A stretch of 52,576 nt of DNA from Anaerolineales bacterium. GTDB lineage: Bacteria; Chloroflexota; Anaerolineae; E26-bin7. Under the pieces are notes generated by a model. The model saw only the letters and a list, made by a program, of their open reading frames with translations, did no database searches and was not told the origin of the DNA. Location: positions 1 to 52,576 of the forward strand of contig SOHZ01000648.1 of assembly GCA_004377365.1 (NCBI GenBank), written 5' to 3'. Positions 31,418-41,180 of the stretch are shown piece after piece. The stretch's first letter is position 1. Every line of letters starts with the position of its first letter. The position numbers and the translations under genes were made by a program.

Positions 31418-32476
31418 TCACTTGAACACCCACTGGCCAGCCTCTATGACCAGCTTGTCATCCAGGATAAGGTCTGGCTGGGGGAGGACGAAATCCTCGT
31501 GTAGATCGCACGAAATCTGGCCGCCCATGTGGGCGTTGTCACCCACTGCTACGTGGACCGTCCCTTTGATCTTCTCGGCCTCCAGCAGGTTGATGGGCGA
31601 CTTGGCGTTGGGGTTGGTGCCGACGCCCAGTTCGGCCAGATTGCGGCGAAGGCGGTGCTCGTCGGCATCGCTGTCGAACTGCATCAACTGACGCAACCTG
31701 TCTCCCCCCTTGCCTCCGCCTCGAATCTCCCGAACCCACCCTCCCTGAAAGATGAGCGTCATCTCTTCTGTGATGTCCACGCTGCCGCCCTTGGGCACCA
31801 CCACCCGACCTTGGGCGGTACCTTCCACGGGAACGCTGTAGGCTTCACCACCGGGCAGATTGCCCCAAGCCCCTTTGGTCGTGTAGATGCCATCGTCCGC
31901 CTGGCCCGGCCGTCCGGCCAGGCTGAAGCTCAGATTCGTTCCTTCCCGTGACCGGACTATTGCTTTCTGGGCTGTGGTGAGAAGCTCAGCTATGACCTTG
32001 GTATCTTTGGCCACCTGCTGGTAGTCAACCGCCATTGGTCCTTCAGGATAGAACATCTGGGGCTCGAACGAGGGCATGCTGGCTATCCGTGCCCCAGCCT
32101 GGCAGGCCTGCTGGCGGGCATCTGTGTGAGACAGAGAATAGGTGGTGATGGCAATGGCCACATCAGCCTGTGTCATCTTCCTGGTCATTTCTTCACCTGG
32201 TTCTGCCCCATCCTGGCCTGTCGCTGGGTAGAGGTAGAACTCTACCTTGCATCGAGGATAGCTTTCACTGGCAATTTCGGCGACCATCTTGGCCAACATG
32301 GACCTTTCTGAAGCCAACATGAGCCTCGTGCCCTCCAGACTGTTCCACTGAAGGGGGGTGAGCAAGTCGGTGACCACCAGGAGCTTCTCACCCTCCTGCA
32401 GCCCCATGTTGACTTGCAGCATGTCGAGTACACCTTGTCTGATTTGATCTTTGTTCGGCCAGCCCACTGAAATCAC
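31418..32476 (-). CDS. M29 (aminopeptidase T / AmpS)-like metallopeptidase
   Basis: 'NLPGGEAYSVPVEG', 'ELGVGTNPNA' and 'EKIKGTVHVAVGDN' resemble Peptidase_M29 signatures. Confidence 0.6.
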   Translation of the reverse strand: MISVGWPNKDQIRQGVLDMLQVNMGLQEGEKLLVVTDLLTPLQWNSLEGTRLMLASERSMLAKMVAEIASESYPRCKVEFYLYPATGQDGAEPGEEMTRKMTQADVAIAITTYSLSHTDARQQACQAGARIASMPSFEPQMFYPEGPMAVDYQQVAKDTKVIAELLTTAQKAIVRSREGTNLSFSLAGRPGQADDGIYTTKGAWGNLPGGEAYSVPVEGTAQGRVVVPKGGSVDITEEMTLIFQGGWVREIRGGGKGGDRLRQLMQFDSDADEHRLRRNLAELGVGTNPNAKSPINLLEAEKIKGTVHVAVGDNAHMGGQISCDLHEDFVLPQPDLILDDKLVIEAGQWVFK

Positions 32477-32838
32477 TCCTTCTCGTTCTGACTTTCCTCA
32501 TCAGACTCCAGACCCAAGATATCCGCGCCCGGGCGGTGTTCGTGGCAGTGGCCACAGCCTACCATCGGTTCAGCGACTTCTTCCTTCGTCAAGGTGCAGA
32601 AGGCTTCCACTGCCACGCGGCGGAGCAGCCCAAAGCGCCGCCCGACCCGCGCTTCGAGGACCATGTTGGGGCAGGCATTGGCCTGCAGGATGGTTGGCAC
32701 GGGACAAGTCCGGCAGAGATCCGGTGTCCAGCGCTCCGAAGCGCGGTTGCGGGCGATCAGGCGACATTCCTGGCGCGACCGGCCGCGCTGGTAATCAGCA
32801 TGGTAGAACCGACATTCAGCTCCTGCTGGAGTGTGCAT
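32473..32838 (-). CDS. Cys-rich hypothetical protein (13 Cys in 121 aa)
   Basis: Contains 'CRTCPVP', 'ACPNM' and 'GCGHCHEH'. There is a 4-nt overlap with the downstream gene, and only a 4-nt gap after the GT2 stop. Confidence 0.45.
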   Translation of the reverse strand: MHTPAGAECRFYHADYQRGRSRQECRLIARNRASERWTPDLCRTCPVPTILQANACPNMVLEARVGRRFGLLRRVAVEAFCTLTKEEVAEPMVGCGHCHEHRPGADILGLESDEESQNEKE

Positions 32839-32842
32839 GACC

Positions 32843-33568
32843 CTAGCTTCCTGGTGTGAAAGCGTCGCTACCCCGCAATCTTCTCCACATGCGAATGGTG
32901 TCTACAAAGGTATCCCACATGATCTTGAATCCGGCGAATGTGTTGCCACCCAGGGCTTCTCCAAGTTCACGAGCCAGGTGCTCAATGTCCACTTCACCAA
33001 TGCTATAGCCCAGCCTGGCGGCCCTGATGCACAGTTCGGCGTCGGTAAAGGCGCTGGTCGTCTCAAAATGGATACGCTGAAGGACCTCACTTTTGATCAG
33101 CTTGATGCTGTTGATGTCCCGCACTTTCAGGCCGTAGAGGATTCGGAGCAGCGAATTATAAATGCAAGAATACACCTTTCTCATGACAGGGTCTTGCCTC
33201 TCCCTGCGGCGGCCGATAACGAGGTCGTGGTCCTGAATGGCGGGCAGCATTTTGAGCAACTCCCTGGCTCGCAATTGTCCATCGCCTGGGACTGAAAATA
33301 CCAGGTCCTCTCTGGCTCCCACATATAACTCGGCAATGGTAGCCCCGTAGCCGCTATTGGTCTCGTGGTGTATTACTCGAATTGCTTTATCCGCCTGGGC
33401 CAGCCGATCCAGCAGCGCTCCCGTGTTATCTCTGCTGGCGTCGTTTACCACGAATATCTCATAATCGGTAGCGAGATCTGAGGCGACCTCTATCGCCTCA
33501 CTGACGACTTTCTCAATAGTTCCTTGATCGTTGTAGGCGGGAATGATTACTGATACGGATTGTTCCAT
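32843..33568 (-). CDS. glycosyltransferase family 2 (polyprenol-phosphate glycosyltransferase-like)
   Basis: 'VSVIIPAYNDQGTIEKVV...YEIFVVNDASRDNT' and 'NSGYGA' are GT2 signatures. Confidence 0.85.
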   Translation of the reverse strand: MEQSVSVIIPAYNDQGTIEKVVSEAIEVASDLATDYEIFVVNDASRDNTGALLDRLAQADKAIRVIHHETNSGYGATIAELYVGAREDLVFSVPGDGQLRARELLKMLPAIQDHDLVIGRRRERQDPVMRKVYSCIYNSLLRILYGLKVRDINSIKLIKSEVLQRIHFETTSAFTDAELCIRAARLGYSIGEVDIEHLARELGEALGGNTFAGFKIMWDTFVDTIRMWRRLRGSDAFTPGS

Positions 33569-33589
33569 TGGCTTTCCTATTTTTAAAGA

Positions 33590-34321
33590 TCACACCCAAT
33601 CAGGGGGCACGTCCTTGACCACTCTGGCCGGGACGCCCATAACGATTTTCCCTGGCGGCACGTTACGGGTCACCACGGTGCCTGCTCCGACTACGGCCCG
33701 CTCGCCAATCTCGACTCCCGGCAACAGAGTGGCGTTCTCCCCGATGGATGCGCCACGGCGGATAGTTGGCCCTTTCCAGACTATTGAGCTTCTTTCGTGG
33801 CGTCCCAGATAGTTGTCGTTGGCCGTACAGACATTGGGTCCAATGAAGACGTCCTCTTCAATCACCATATCGCCGGTCAGATGGCATCCGTCAATAAGTC
33901 GGCAACGGTCCCCCACCCTAGTGTTATAGAGGATGGTAACCATCCGCCCCACGACCACGAATTCCCCAATGACACACTCCTCTCGGATGGATGCCAGATC
34001 GGCGATGAGGGTGTTACGGCCGATGGTGGTGTCTGTGTAGAGAACGGCCCCCACTCCTATGACGCAGTTGTCGCCGATGATCAGGGGACCGTATGTGACC
34101 TTCAAAGGCCGTACCAGATTGCCTGCTCCCTGGGGCTTTCGGCCCAGGACCGCGTTGTCATAGATGGTGACATTCTCACCGATGACCGTGTTGGGATAAA
34201 TCACCACATTGTTGCCAATTGAGGCTCTATCTTTGATGGTCACTTTCTCCATGACAACAACATTTACCCCAAACTCTACGCTATCTGCCACCAGCGCATC
34301 CTCGCTGACACAGTTTGTCAT
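33590..34321 (-). CDS. hexapeptide-repeat (left-handed beta-helix) acyl/acetyltransferase
   Basis: ATG at 34321 after GGAGAGGAG. It shows repeated [LIV]G-x4 hexapeptides throughout ('[26 protein letters not shown]', '[25 protein letters not shown]'). Confidence 0.8.
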   Translation of the reverse strand: MTNCVSEDALVADSVEFGVNVVVMEKVTIKDRASIGNNVVIYPNTVIGENVTIYDNAVLGRKPQGAGNLVRPLKVTYGPLIIGDNCVIGVGAVLYTDTTIGRNTLIADLASIREECVIGEFVVVGRMVTILYNTRVGDRCRLIDGCHLTGDMVIEEDVFIGPNVCTANDNYLGRHERSSIVWKGPTIRRGASIGENATLLPGVEIGERAVVGAGTVVTRNVPPGKIVMGVPARVVKDVPPDWV

Positions 34322-34385
34322 TGAAATCTCCTCTCCACTTTCCCTCAGAATCGTTTCGTCAGTGTTCTTCAAATCAAGAGGGCTG

Positions 34386-35855
34386 TCAGGGCGGGGGTCT
34401 GAGGGTGCCCTCCGTCTTTCCTCCTACCATAGTCGCCGCCACCGCCAGCCCCAGGTATAGCCAGAAAAGGGCGACGGCGTGTGGAAAGTTCAGATTAAAC
34501 AGATAGTGGTCAAGGACGCCCGCCACCATCGCCCCGGCCAGGGCAGCCACAAGCCCCAACAGGATAGATTCCAAACGAGTACCCCTTCTCATCCTCCACC
34601 AGGCCCGCCCGGTGTAGGCGAAGAAGATGGCCATGGTGACCAAAAAGACGAATAGACCCACCAGACCCATCTGCTCAGCAATGAGGAGATAGACGTTGGA
34701 GACCCCAATGTAAATGTCAATGTCCGGGGTGCCGGCAAAGCCTACTCCCAACCACGGGTAACGGGAGATGAGGATCAGGGCGTCCTTGTATTCCCCAAAG
34801 CGCATTTGGGTGGCCCGGTCTTCCCCCCGCAACCCCTCCTGAAAGCGAGCGATGTAATCCTGCGTCTGAGGTATCAAGAGGGCAATCATTCCCACAATCA
34901 GTATCACCAAAAGGAGCCGGCGATACCTGGCTGCCCCCAAAAGGAGCAAAGCCGTGACCAAACCTAAAAGGGAACTCCGAGAGTATGTCAGGTACAGGCA
35001 GAGGGCCATGACCGCCAGCATGGGCGCTATGAAAGCACGTCGCAGCAGTGGCTTCCGGGCGAACAGTTGAGAGGCCGTCAAGGCTCCCACAAAGATCAGC
35101 ATCCCCCCAAGGAGATTGGGATCCACTGAGGTGGAAGTGGCCCGGCGGGGCAGGGTGGGATCGTCCTCGATGAACCGCAGAACACCCCAGCCCGTCGGAT
35201 AGCGGACCCGCCCCAAAACGGACAGCAGGCGGATGGTCCATCCTTCGGGCAATAGGTTCAGCACCACACCAATGAGAGCCGCTGCAAAGCCTGCCAGGAT
35301 AAGGAGCGTCACCACCTGTTCCAGTTGTTTCTGAGTTCGCACGCAGTTGACGACTACAAAGAAGAGAGCAATGCACATGATGATCTCGGCAAAGTGGCGC
35401 AGCACGTTGGCCGAGAGGCGGGCGTGGGCCAGGCCAGCGACGAAAGAGGCGAAAGCCAACAGGATAAAGATCAGAATGGGCACAGCCAGAGGGGAAGTCA
35501 CGAACTCTTCCTGTTTGCGTGTGGCCAAGGCTGTTACCCAGACCAGGAAAATGACAACCAAAACCAAGTCGAGAAAGGTGGGGGAGAAACCGATGTTGAC
35601 CGGCAAAGCGGCAAAGGGCAACAGGTAGATGATGCCCACCAAAGCAAATAGTCCCCACTGAATGCTACGCAGCATCAGGAGACCGCCCACCAGGGCTATG
35701 AGTCCCAGTGCAGCTAACAGGGGAGTGAGGAAAGCGATGTAGGCTCCCCCGATCAGTCCTACCACAAGACAGAGGCCCACTACGGCCAGGATGATCAACC
35801 AGCGCTCATTTGTGACAAAGATTGTCTGGAGGCTTACCTTCCGCCCGTTTTCCAC
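34386..35855 (-). CDS. O-antigen ligase/polymerase (Wzy_C)-like polytopic membrane protein
   Basis: 489 aa with at least 10 TM helices. '[13 protein letters not shown]' and a large loop with 'PWLGVGFAG' are typical of the Wzy_C/O-antigen ligase family. Confidence 0.7.
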   Translation of the reverse strand: MENGRKVSLQTIFVTNERWLIILAVVGLCLVVGLIGGAYIAFLTPLLAALGLIALVGGLLMLRSIQWGLFALVGIIYLLPFAALPVNIGFSPTFLDLVLVVIFLVWVTALATRKQEEFVTSPLAVPILIFILLAFASFVAGLAHARLSANVLRHFAEIIMCIALFFVVVNCVRTQKQLEQVVTLLILAGFAAALIGVVLNLLPEGWTIRLLSVLGRVRYPTGWGVLRFIEDDPTLPRRATSTSVDPNLLGGMLIFVGALTASQLFARKPLLRRAFIAPMLAVMALCLYLTYSRSSLLGLVTALLLLGAARYRRLLLVILIVGMIALLIPQTQDYIARFQEGLRGEDRATQMRFGEYKDALILISRYPWLGVGFAGTPDIDIYIGVSNVYLLIAEQMGLVGLFVFLVTMAIFFAYTGRAWWRMRRGTRLESILLGLVAALAGAMVAGVLDHYLFNLNFPHAVALFWLYLGLAVAATMVGGKTEGTLRPPP

Positions 35856-35869
35856 AGTATGTCTGCCTC

Positions 35870-36865
35870 TTACCAGTAATTGTCCTTGTAACGCCGATAA
35901 TATTCAATGGTTCGACGCAACCCCTCTTCCAGGGAGGTCTTTGGTTGCCAGCCCACGACGCGCCTGATCTTGGATATATCGGAGTAAAAATCACCCGGCT
36001 CTTGAGCCTTCCTCTCCGGGGTGAAGGGAGCGAATTCCCAGCGGCCGCTTCCTGCCACCCGGACAATCGTCTCAGCCAACTCGACGATCTTGGTCGGTTT
36101 ATCAATACCCACGTTGAAAATCTTGCCCACGGCTGGCTGACAGACGGCACTCATTAGCAGCGCCTCAACACAATCATCCACGAACAGAAAATCACGGAGG
36201 ATTTGCCCATCCCCGAAAACCTTGATGGTTTCATCGTCAATCGCCAGCCGCACAAACCAATTCACGACCCCATACCGGGAGTGCTTCATCTGAGCTCTGG
36301 GACCGTAGGTATTGGTCAAACGTAAGAGAACACAGTCAATGCCATGGACGTCACAATACACCTTGATGATCTTTTCCGCTGTGAGGTTCGAAATCTCGTA
36401 AATGCCCTTGGGGTTGGTGGGTGCGTCCTCGCTGACCGGTAACTTCACACTTGAGCCATATTGCCCCCTGGTCCCGGTGTAGATGACTTTTGCCTCAGGG
36501 TTGTGTCTCTTGCAGGCTTCCATTACGATGGCCGTTCCTTTGATATTGATGTCAATGTCAGGGAAGGGATTCGTCAGACTCATGACATGGCACACCTGAC
36601 CAGCCAGATGGAAGATATAGTCCTTGCCCTTCACCAGGTAGTTCATGGCATTAGCATCCCTGATGTCACAGAAATTGACGATCACTTTGTCCTTGACCGG
36701 CTCAATGTTGAATAGATTGCCGCCATAGTCAGGGACCATGGCATCCACCAGGGTGACGTGTGCGCCCAGTTCAACCAGTTTGATAGCTAGGTGGCTGCCG
36801 ATAAAGCCAAGGCCGCCGGTAATCAGAATGTTTCTTCCCACGAACTCGGTTCGGTCATCTATCAT
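35870..36865 (-). CDS. NAD-dependent sugar epimerase/dehydratase (SDR family)
   Basis: 'ILITGGLGFIGSHL' Rossmann motif and the 'YEISNLTAEK' (YxxxK) catalytic motif. Confidence 0.85.
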   Translation of the reverse strand: MIDDRTEFVGRNILITGGLGFIGSHLAIKLVELGAHVTLVDAMVPDYGGNLFNIEPVKDKVIVNFCDIRDANAMNYLVKGKDYIFHLAGQVCHVMSLTNPFPDIDINIKGTAIVMEACKRHNPEAKVIYTGTRGQYGSSVKLPVSEDAPTNPKGIYEISNLTAEKIIKVYCDVHGIDCVLLRLTNTYGPRAQMKHSRYGVVNWFVRLAIDDETIKVFGDGQILRDFLFVDDCVEALLMSAVCQPAVGKIFNVGIDKPTKIVELAETIVRVAGSGRWEFAPFTPERKAQEPGDFYSDISKIRRVVGWQPKTSLEEGLRRTIEYYRRYKDNYW

Positions 36866-36901
36866 GCTGTCTATCGCTCTCTCCTTTGTTTCCTTGAGAG
36901 T

Positions 36902-39124
36902 CTATTTTACCACTATTCTGTCGGATAGCAAAACCCGCTCATTTTGCTTTTGCCCTGTCTTGTCCAGCAGCGGCAGGCGCTGGCCCGTCGTCGCATCATA
37001 CAGTCCCACCTCCAATTCATACCGGCCTGCGGGCGCATTGGGGGGGATGATTATATCATACTTGTCTACAATCGTTTCGCCAACCCTCCAATTGGTGGTT
37101 GGATAAGAACCTCGCACAGGAGGGTTGTCCTTCTGCGCCCATAATTGGCCGTTGGCGTCAAGCAGGTGGGTAAAAACGGTGTAACTGATCTCCATGGGAG
37201 CCAAAACGTGCCAGTATAGGGTCAGACGCAAGGCGGTGTTTGGTGCTGTGGTCAGGATGCCAGATTGGGGGCTCGCGACGTCGGTAGTCAGCTTGTAGCC
37301 CGCCAGTTCCACCTTGTCGCCCAGGCTAGCGTTGACAGGCGCCATCTGATCCAAGAAGGCCGAGGGCGTGAGGTAAAGGCTCAATGACAGCGAACCGACG
37401 GCTTTGTGGTGGATCTTGTCACAGTGTCGGTCCAGCCAGCTCTCGACAAAGCCGTTGGCGTCCCACAGTGCGGAAGGTTGGGGCACAAGCCAAAGCCGTT
37501 GGTGCTCCGCAGCCAGCTTGTCCAGCGCCTCAGCCGTAACCACGGGAGCAACCGGCGAGCTGGCGGGCAGGACGACCAGGGGCAAATCATCCCGAAGGTA
37601 ATACTGCAAAGCAGGGTCGGGATAATTGTGGATGACCAGGTCACCGGTTGCACTCTGCTGGCGGAGGGTTGCCGCTAGGGCACGCCAGTCGGGGCTCTTG
37701 GCGTAATCTGGGGCGTAGAAATAGTTGGACAGCGAGTAGCCAGACGAAGCGAGCACGAGCGCTAGAAGCAATCCCCCCGCTATCATGGAGGTCAAGCTCC
37801 CCGCCATCCTCCCGTGCAACTTAGCCATCCCTTCGACAGCCCTTCGACGGGGTTTATCCTGAGCAAAGCCTGCCCTGAGCCCTGTCGAAGGGTCAAAGGG
37901 CTCAGGATGAGGCTCAGGGCGCCGCCGCTGAAGCAAAATACTCAGGCCCAGAGCCAGGAGAATGCAGTAGGCCGGGGCGACAATGATGAGGTACTTTTCG
38001 TCAAAGATGGGCCGGAACAACGAAATCAACCAGATGCCGCCGGTGGGCAGAAACAGATATGTGCCCAGAGTGACGGCTCTCTCTCTGGGCAGACGTACGA
38101 GGCCATAGCAACCCAGCAAGAAGGCGGTCACAAAGGCCCACACCAGCAGGTTGGCGCGATCCTCGGGAATGGTCGTGCCCAGGCTGTAGACGACGAAGAA
38201 CCTTCTCAAGAAGGAGAAGAGGCCGATGGATTCGATCCAGTCTTTGGTGTGACCCAGCATGAATTTGCCCACGTAAAGGAGCCAGGGCACATACAGAACG
38301 GCGATTACGGCTTGAGTCACAAACCAGCGTCCCAGCAGATGCCCCTGCCCCCCTTCGACTTCCCTCAGGACAGGCCCTTCGACAGCCCTTCGACGGAGTT
38401 GATCCTGAGCAAAGTCGAAGGGCTCAGGACAGGGCTCAGGACACTGCTTTGAGCCAGGCTCCACTTCTGTAGGGCAGGTTTCCATACCTGCCAGATTTGC
38501 GGGGCTATCGCCTGTCTCCTCCTTTCTCCCCCGACCAGGGAAGAGGTATAAGTAGAGAAAAGTCACGTTCTCTACGGCCAGGATAAAAAGACTGAAGTAG
38601 TGGACGTAGAGAGTCCCAATCGTGAGAAGGACATAGCCAATCCAGAGGCTCTTCTCACCGCCTTTATGCCCTCGCTCCAGGGTCAGGCTGAAGAGCAAGA
38701 CCGAACCCAGTCCCAGGCAGGCCAGCATGGAATACATCCGCACGTCCTGGCCGTGCCAGATCAGAAACGGGTTGATAGACCCAAGAAGGGCTGCCAACCA
38801 TCCCACTTTCGCACCGCAGAGCGCCAAGCCGAGCCGATAGATCATGGGGATCATCAGGATGCTCACAAGCACGGATAGGAAGCGGGCCGCGAACTCGCTC
38901 TGGTCCAGCAGGTAGGTCCAGAGGTGCAGAGTAGCATAGTAGAGGGGGGGATGAGGTTCAATGGTAGCCAGTGAGAGCAGCATCTCCCTCAGTGGCTGCT
39001 GGGCGAAGAGATGGGCAAAGGCCTCGTCGCCTCGCAGGGCCTGATAGTCTAGGCGATGCACCCGCAGGGCAAAAGCCACGAGCACAAACAAAAGCATGGC
39101 CAGCCGGATTCGATTTTTGACCAT
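36902..39124 (-). CDS. ArnT/PMT (GT39/GT83-like) polyprenol-phosphate-sugar glycosyltransferase carrying two in-frame REP-like insertions
   Basis: Polytopic N-terminus with 'RLDYQALRGDEAF' (DE motif in loop 1). The C-terminal soluble domain is 'YTVFTHLLD..G.LWAQKDNPPVRGSYPTTNWRVGETIVD'. The likely start is M20 at 39124 ('MVKNRIRLAMLLFVLVAF'); the track ORF extends to 39181. Confidence 0.75.
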   Translation of the reverse strand: MVKNRIRLAMLLFVLVAFALRVHRLDYQALRGDEAFAHLFAQQPLREMLLSLATIEPHPPLYYATLHLWTYLLDQSEFAARFLSVLVSILMIPMIYRLGLALCGAKVGWLAALLGSINPFLIWHGQDVRMYSMLACLGLGSVLLFSLTLERGHKGGEKSLWIGYVLLTIGTLYVHYFSLFILAVENVTFLYLYLFPGRGRKEETGDSPANLAGMETCPTEVEPGSKQCPEPCPEPFDFAQDQLRRRAVEGPVLREVEGGQGHLLGRWFVTQAVIAVLYVPWLLYVGKFMLGHTKDWIESIGLFSFLRRFFVVYSLGTTIPEDRANLLVWAFVTAFLLGCYGLVRLPRERAVTLGTYLFLPTGGIWLISLFRPIFDEKYLIIVAPAYCILLALGLSILLQRRRPEPHPEPFDPSTGLRAGFAQDKPRRRAVEGMAKLHGRMAGSLTSMIAGGLLLALVLASSGYSLSNYFYAPDYAKSPDWRALAATLRQQSATGDLVIHNYPDPALQYYLRDDLPLVVLPASSPVAPVVTAEALDKLAAEHQRLWLVPQPSALWDANGFVESWLDRHCDKIHHKAVGSLSLSLYLTPSAFLDQMAPVNASLGDKVELAGYKLTTDVASPQSGILTTAPNTALRLTLYWHVLAPMEISYTVFTHLLDANGQLWAQKDNPPVRGSYPTTNWRVGETIVDKYDIIIPPNAPAGRYELEVGLYDATTGQRLPLLDKTGQKQNERVLLSDRIVVK
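37829..37919. repeat. REP-like element copy B, in frame inside the ArnT-like CDS
   Basis: cccttcgacagcccttcgacgg...cctgagcaaagcctgccctgagccctgtcgaaggg...gctcagg...gctcaggg. It encodes 'PEPHPEPFDPSTGLRAGFAQDKPRRRAVEG'. Confidence 0.7.
38350..38452. repeat. REP-like element copy C, in frame inside the ArnT-like CDS
   Basis: cccttcgacttccctcaggacaggcccttcgacagcccttcgacgg...cctgagcaaagtcgaagggctcaggacagggctcagg. It encodes 'CPEPCPEPFDFAQDQLRRRAVEGPVLREVEG'. Confidence 0.7.
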
Positions 39125-39371
39125 CAATCGGTTTGCTCCCACAGTCATTGTGGCTGCCATCTCTTCCTCGCTACCACCCAAGCCCTATCCCACTGAGGTC
39201 AGGGTGAAAGCTGGGGCAGGTGGGCTGTTCAGGGATTCTGCCATTTGGCTGGATCAGATCAGGACCATTGACAAGCGACGGCTGGAAAATTACATAGGTC
39301 AACTTGATGCCGAGACCATGCCCCAGGTAGACGAGGCGATCAAGATCAGCCTGGGGCTGGTGCCGCTCTAG
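39096..39371 (+). pseudogene. N-terminally truncated MazF/PemK-family toxin remnant
   Basis: '[73 protein letters not shown]' matches the MazF C-terminal two-thirds. The N-terminal 'GDIW..DP..G.E' strand is absent. The 5' end overlaps the ArnT-like start region on the opposite strand. Confidence 0.5.
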
Positions 39372-40929
39372 CGATCATCCCCGCCAGCCGCGCCGCTGCT
39401 GCATTGCTGCCTGCGACGAGGGCCCCCGCCTCTCGTAGCTTCCGCTTCTGCTCAGCCAGGTTCTGCGGATCTCTTTCGGTGCCGCAGACGTGGGCCACGA
39501 AGATGGGTGGGTTCGGCGTCGCATCCCGACAGGCTCGAATGGCTTCCGCCGTCTCCCCGGCAGGGTCGGGGTGGACGCCATAGCCCAGAACCACATCCAG
39601 CAGGATGACGGCCGTCTCGGGGTCTTCTGCTTCCCATTGGATACGCCGGTTGCGCAGGCTCAAGTCCAGCATGGGATGCGGCCGGCCTACGGTGAACTCG
39701 TCCTCTCCCAGGTCAACGCAGGTATGAGCAAGGCTCTTGTTGGAATCCGCCAGCTTGTGCCGTTTTTCCAGCGGCGCGTTGGAATGCACGTTGCCGATGA
39801 AATCACGTAGGAGGAGCAAGGCTTCATAGCAGAAGGTGCCGCCGCAGAAGAGGCCGCGCACATATCTCTGCCGCTCAGTTAGCTTGGCCCGCGCCTCCGC
39901 CGCCAGCCCTTCCAACCCTTCATCCCGCCTTTCCAGTTCGCGCTTTATCTCAGCGATGACTTGTTCCACCGGCTGCTGGCTGGCCGCTGCTAACCTGCCA
40001 GCCAGCAGCGCTGCCTCTTCCAGCGTCGTCGCGGGGATTGCACCTGCCGCTGCCACCGCCGACGGGTCGCCTCCCAGGAAACAGACGACCGTCGGCTTGT
40101 CGCTCTCTCGGACCAAGCCCAGCACCTTTTCGGCCACACCTGGAGCAGGCGGCTTGGAAATCAGGACCAGGGCCTGGGTGTCGGGGTCTTCTTGCAAGGC
40201 CATCAGGCTTTCCATCATCATGATCCCGCCCACGGCCTCCGAGAGGTCACGCCCGCCTACGCCCACGGCCTGGGAGATGCCACCCCCCTGGCGGGCGATG
40301 AGGGATGTCACCTCCTGTAAGCCGGTGCCCGCGGCGGCCACCAGGCCGATGCTCCCCTCCGGCACGGCGTTGGCGAAACCCAGGGCCACCCCGTTGATGA
40401 TGGCCGTGCCGGCATCGGGTCCCATGAGCAAGAGCCCTTCTTCTTGGGCGTAGCGCTTCAGCTCGATTTCGTCTTCCAGGGGTACGTTGTCGCTGAAGAG
40501 GAAAATGTGCAGCCCCTTTTGCAGTGCCTTCCGCGCCTCTCCGGCCGCGTAGCGCCCAGCCACCGAGATGACCGCCAGGTTGGCCTCAGGCTCGGTGCGC
40601 ACGGCGGTCTCAATGCTCCGGGGCTGATACTCCTCCCCCTCTGCGGCCACGGCGCGCTTCTGGGCCAGCAACTCCTCGGCTCTGGCCAAGGCTGCCCTGG
40701 CCGATTCATCGTTTTCGGCTCGCACAGCGATGACCAGATCGTTGGGGTTGGCGGCTTGGACCTCGACAGTGAGCAGGTCTGCCTCGGCCAGGATGCCTTT
40801 GTTGGCCTCGGTGCCCATCACCACCGCCGCGTCGAGAACGCTGGGCAGATTCAGCAGCTCCCTGGCCACCAGCATCAGGGTTACAGAGTCGTGGTATTCG
40901 CTCCTTCTAATTAGGCTCTGGGTTGTCAT
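39346..40929 (-). CDS. fdrA: FdrA family (succinyl-CoA-ligase-alpha-like, acyl-CoA synthetase) protein
   Basis: ATG at 40929. The N-terminus '[42 protein letters not shown]' is characteristic of FdrA. CoA-ligase-like '[18 protein letters not shown]' is also present. Confidence 0.7.
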   Translation of the reverse strand: MTTQSLIRRSEYHDSVTLMLVARELLNLPSVLDAAVVMGTEANKGILAEADLLTVEVQAANPNDLVIAVRAENDESARAALARAEELLAQKRAVAAEGEEYQPRSIETAVRTEPEANLAVISVAGRYAAGEARKALQKGLHIFLFSDNVPLEDEIELKRYAQEEGLLLMGPDAGTAIINGVALGFANAVPEGSIGLVAAAGTGLQEVTSLIARQGGGISQAVGVGGRDLSEAVGGIMMMESLMALQEDPDTQALVLISKPPAPGVAEKVLGLVRESDKPTVVCFLGGDPSAVAAAGAIPATTLEEAALLAGRLAAASQQPVEQVIAEIKRELERRDEGLEGLAAEARAKLTERQRYVRGLFCGGTFCYEALLLLRDFIGNVHSNAPLEKRHKLADSNKSLAHTCVDLGEDEFTVGRPHPMLDLSLRNRRIQWEAEDPETAVILLDVVLGYGVHPDPAGETAEAIRACRDATPNPPIFVAHVCGTERDPQNLAEQKRKLREAGALVAGSNAAAARLAGMIARAAPAPG

Positions 40930-41009
40930 CAGTGCTCCCTTCGCACACGTCCTGTACCACAACAGTGGTCATTGTGGTTGACAGCATCTCTGGACCTATT
41001 TTACCACAC

Positions 41010-41180
41010 TTCTCCTTTTTTGACACCCTCAATTGCTTCGATATACCTCTCATCATTTTTGTTCATTCGCCTGGCTTTCTGCGCGGCACAGCTCAGGAGC
41101 ACGGGGGCATCATCCGGCATGGGGCCAAGATCGTCTACGCTTACTCTGAGGCCACTGTGCCCAAAATCTCCATCGTCACT
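41010..41180 (+). pseudogene. short relic of an acyl-CoA carboxylase carboxyltransferase (beta) subunit
   Basis: '[55 protein letters not shown]' matches the conserved 'F.rfcd.fniPlv.lvDvPGFlPG..QE..[13 protein letters not shown].eATVPkitvi' block. Nothing upstream or downstream of the domain remains. Confidence 0.55.

Noticed and set aside
34717-35658. 313-aa same-strand alternative-frame ORF inside the O-antigen-ligase-like gene.
   Set aside because: The frame encoding 489 aa gives a coherent polytopic membrane protein with Wzy_C-like motifs. The alternative frame is Pro/Gly/Arg-rich with no start context.
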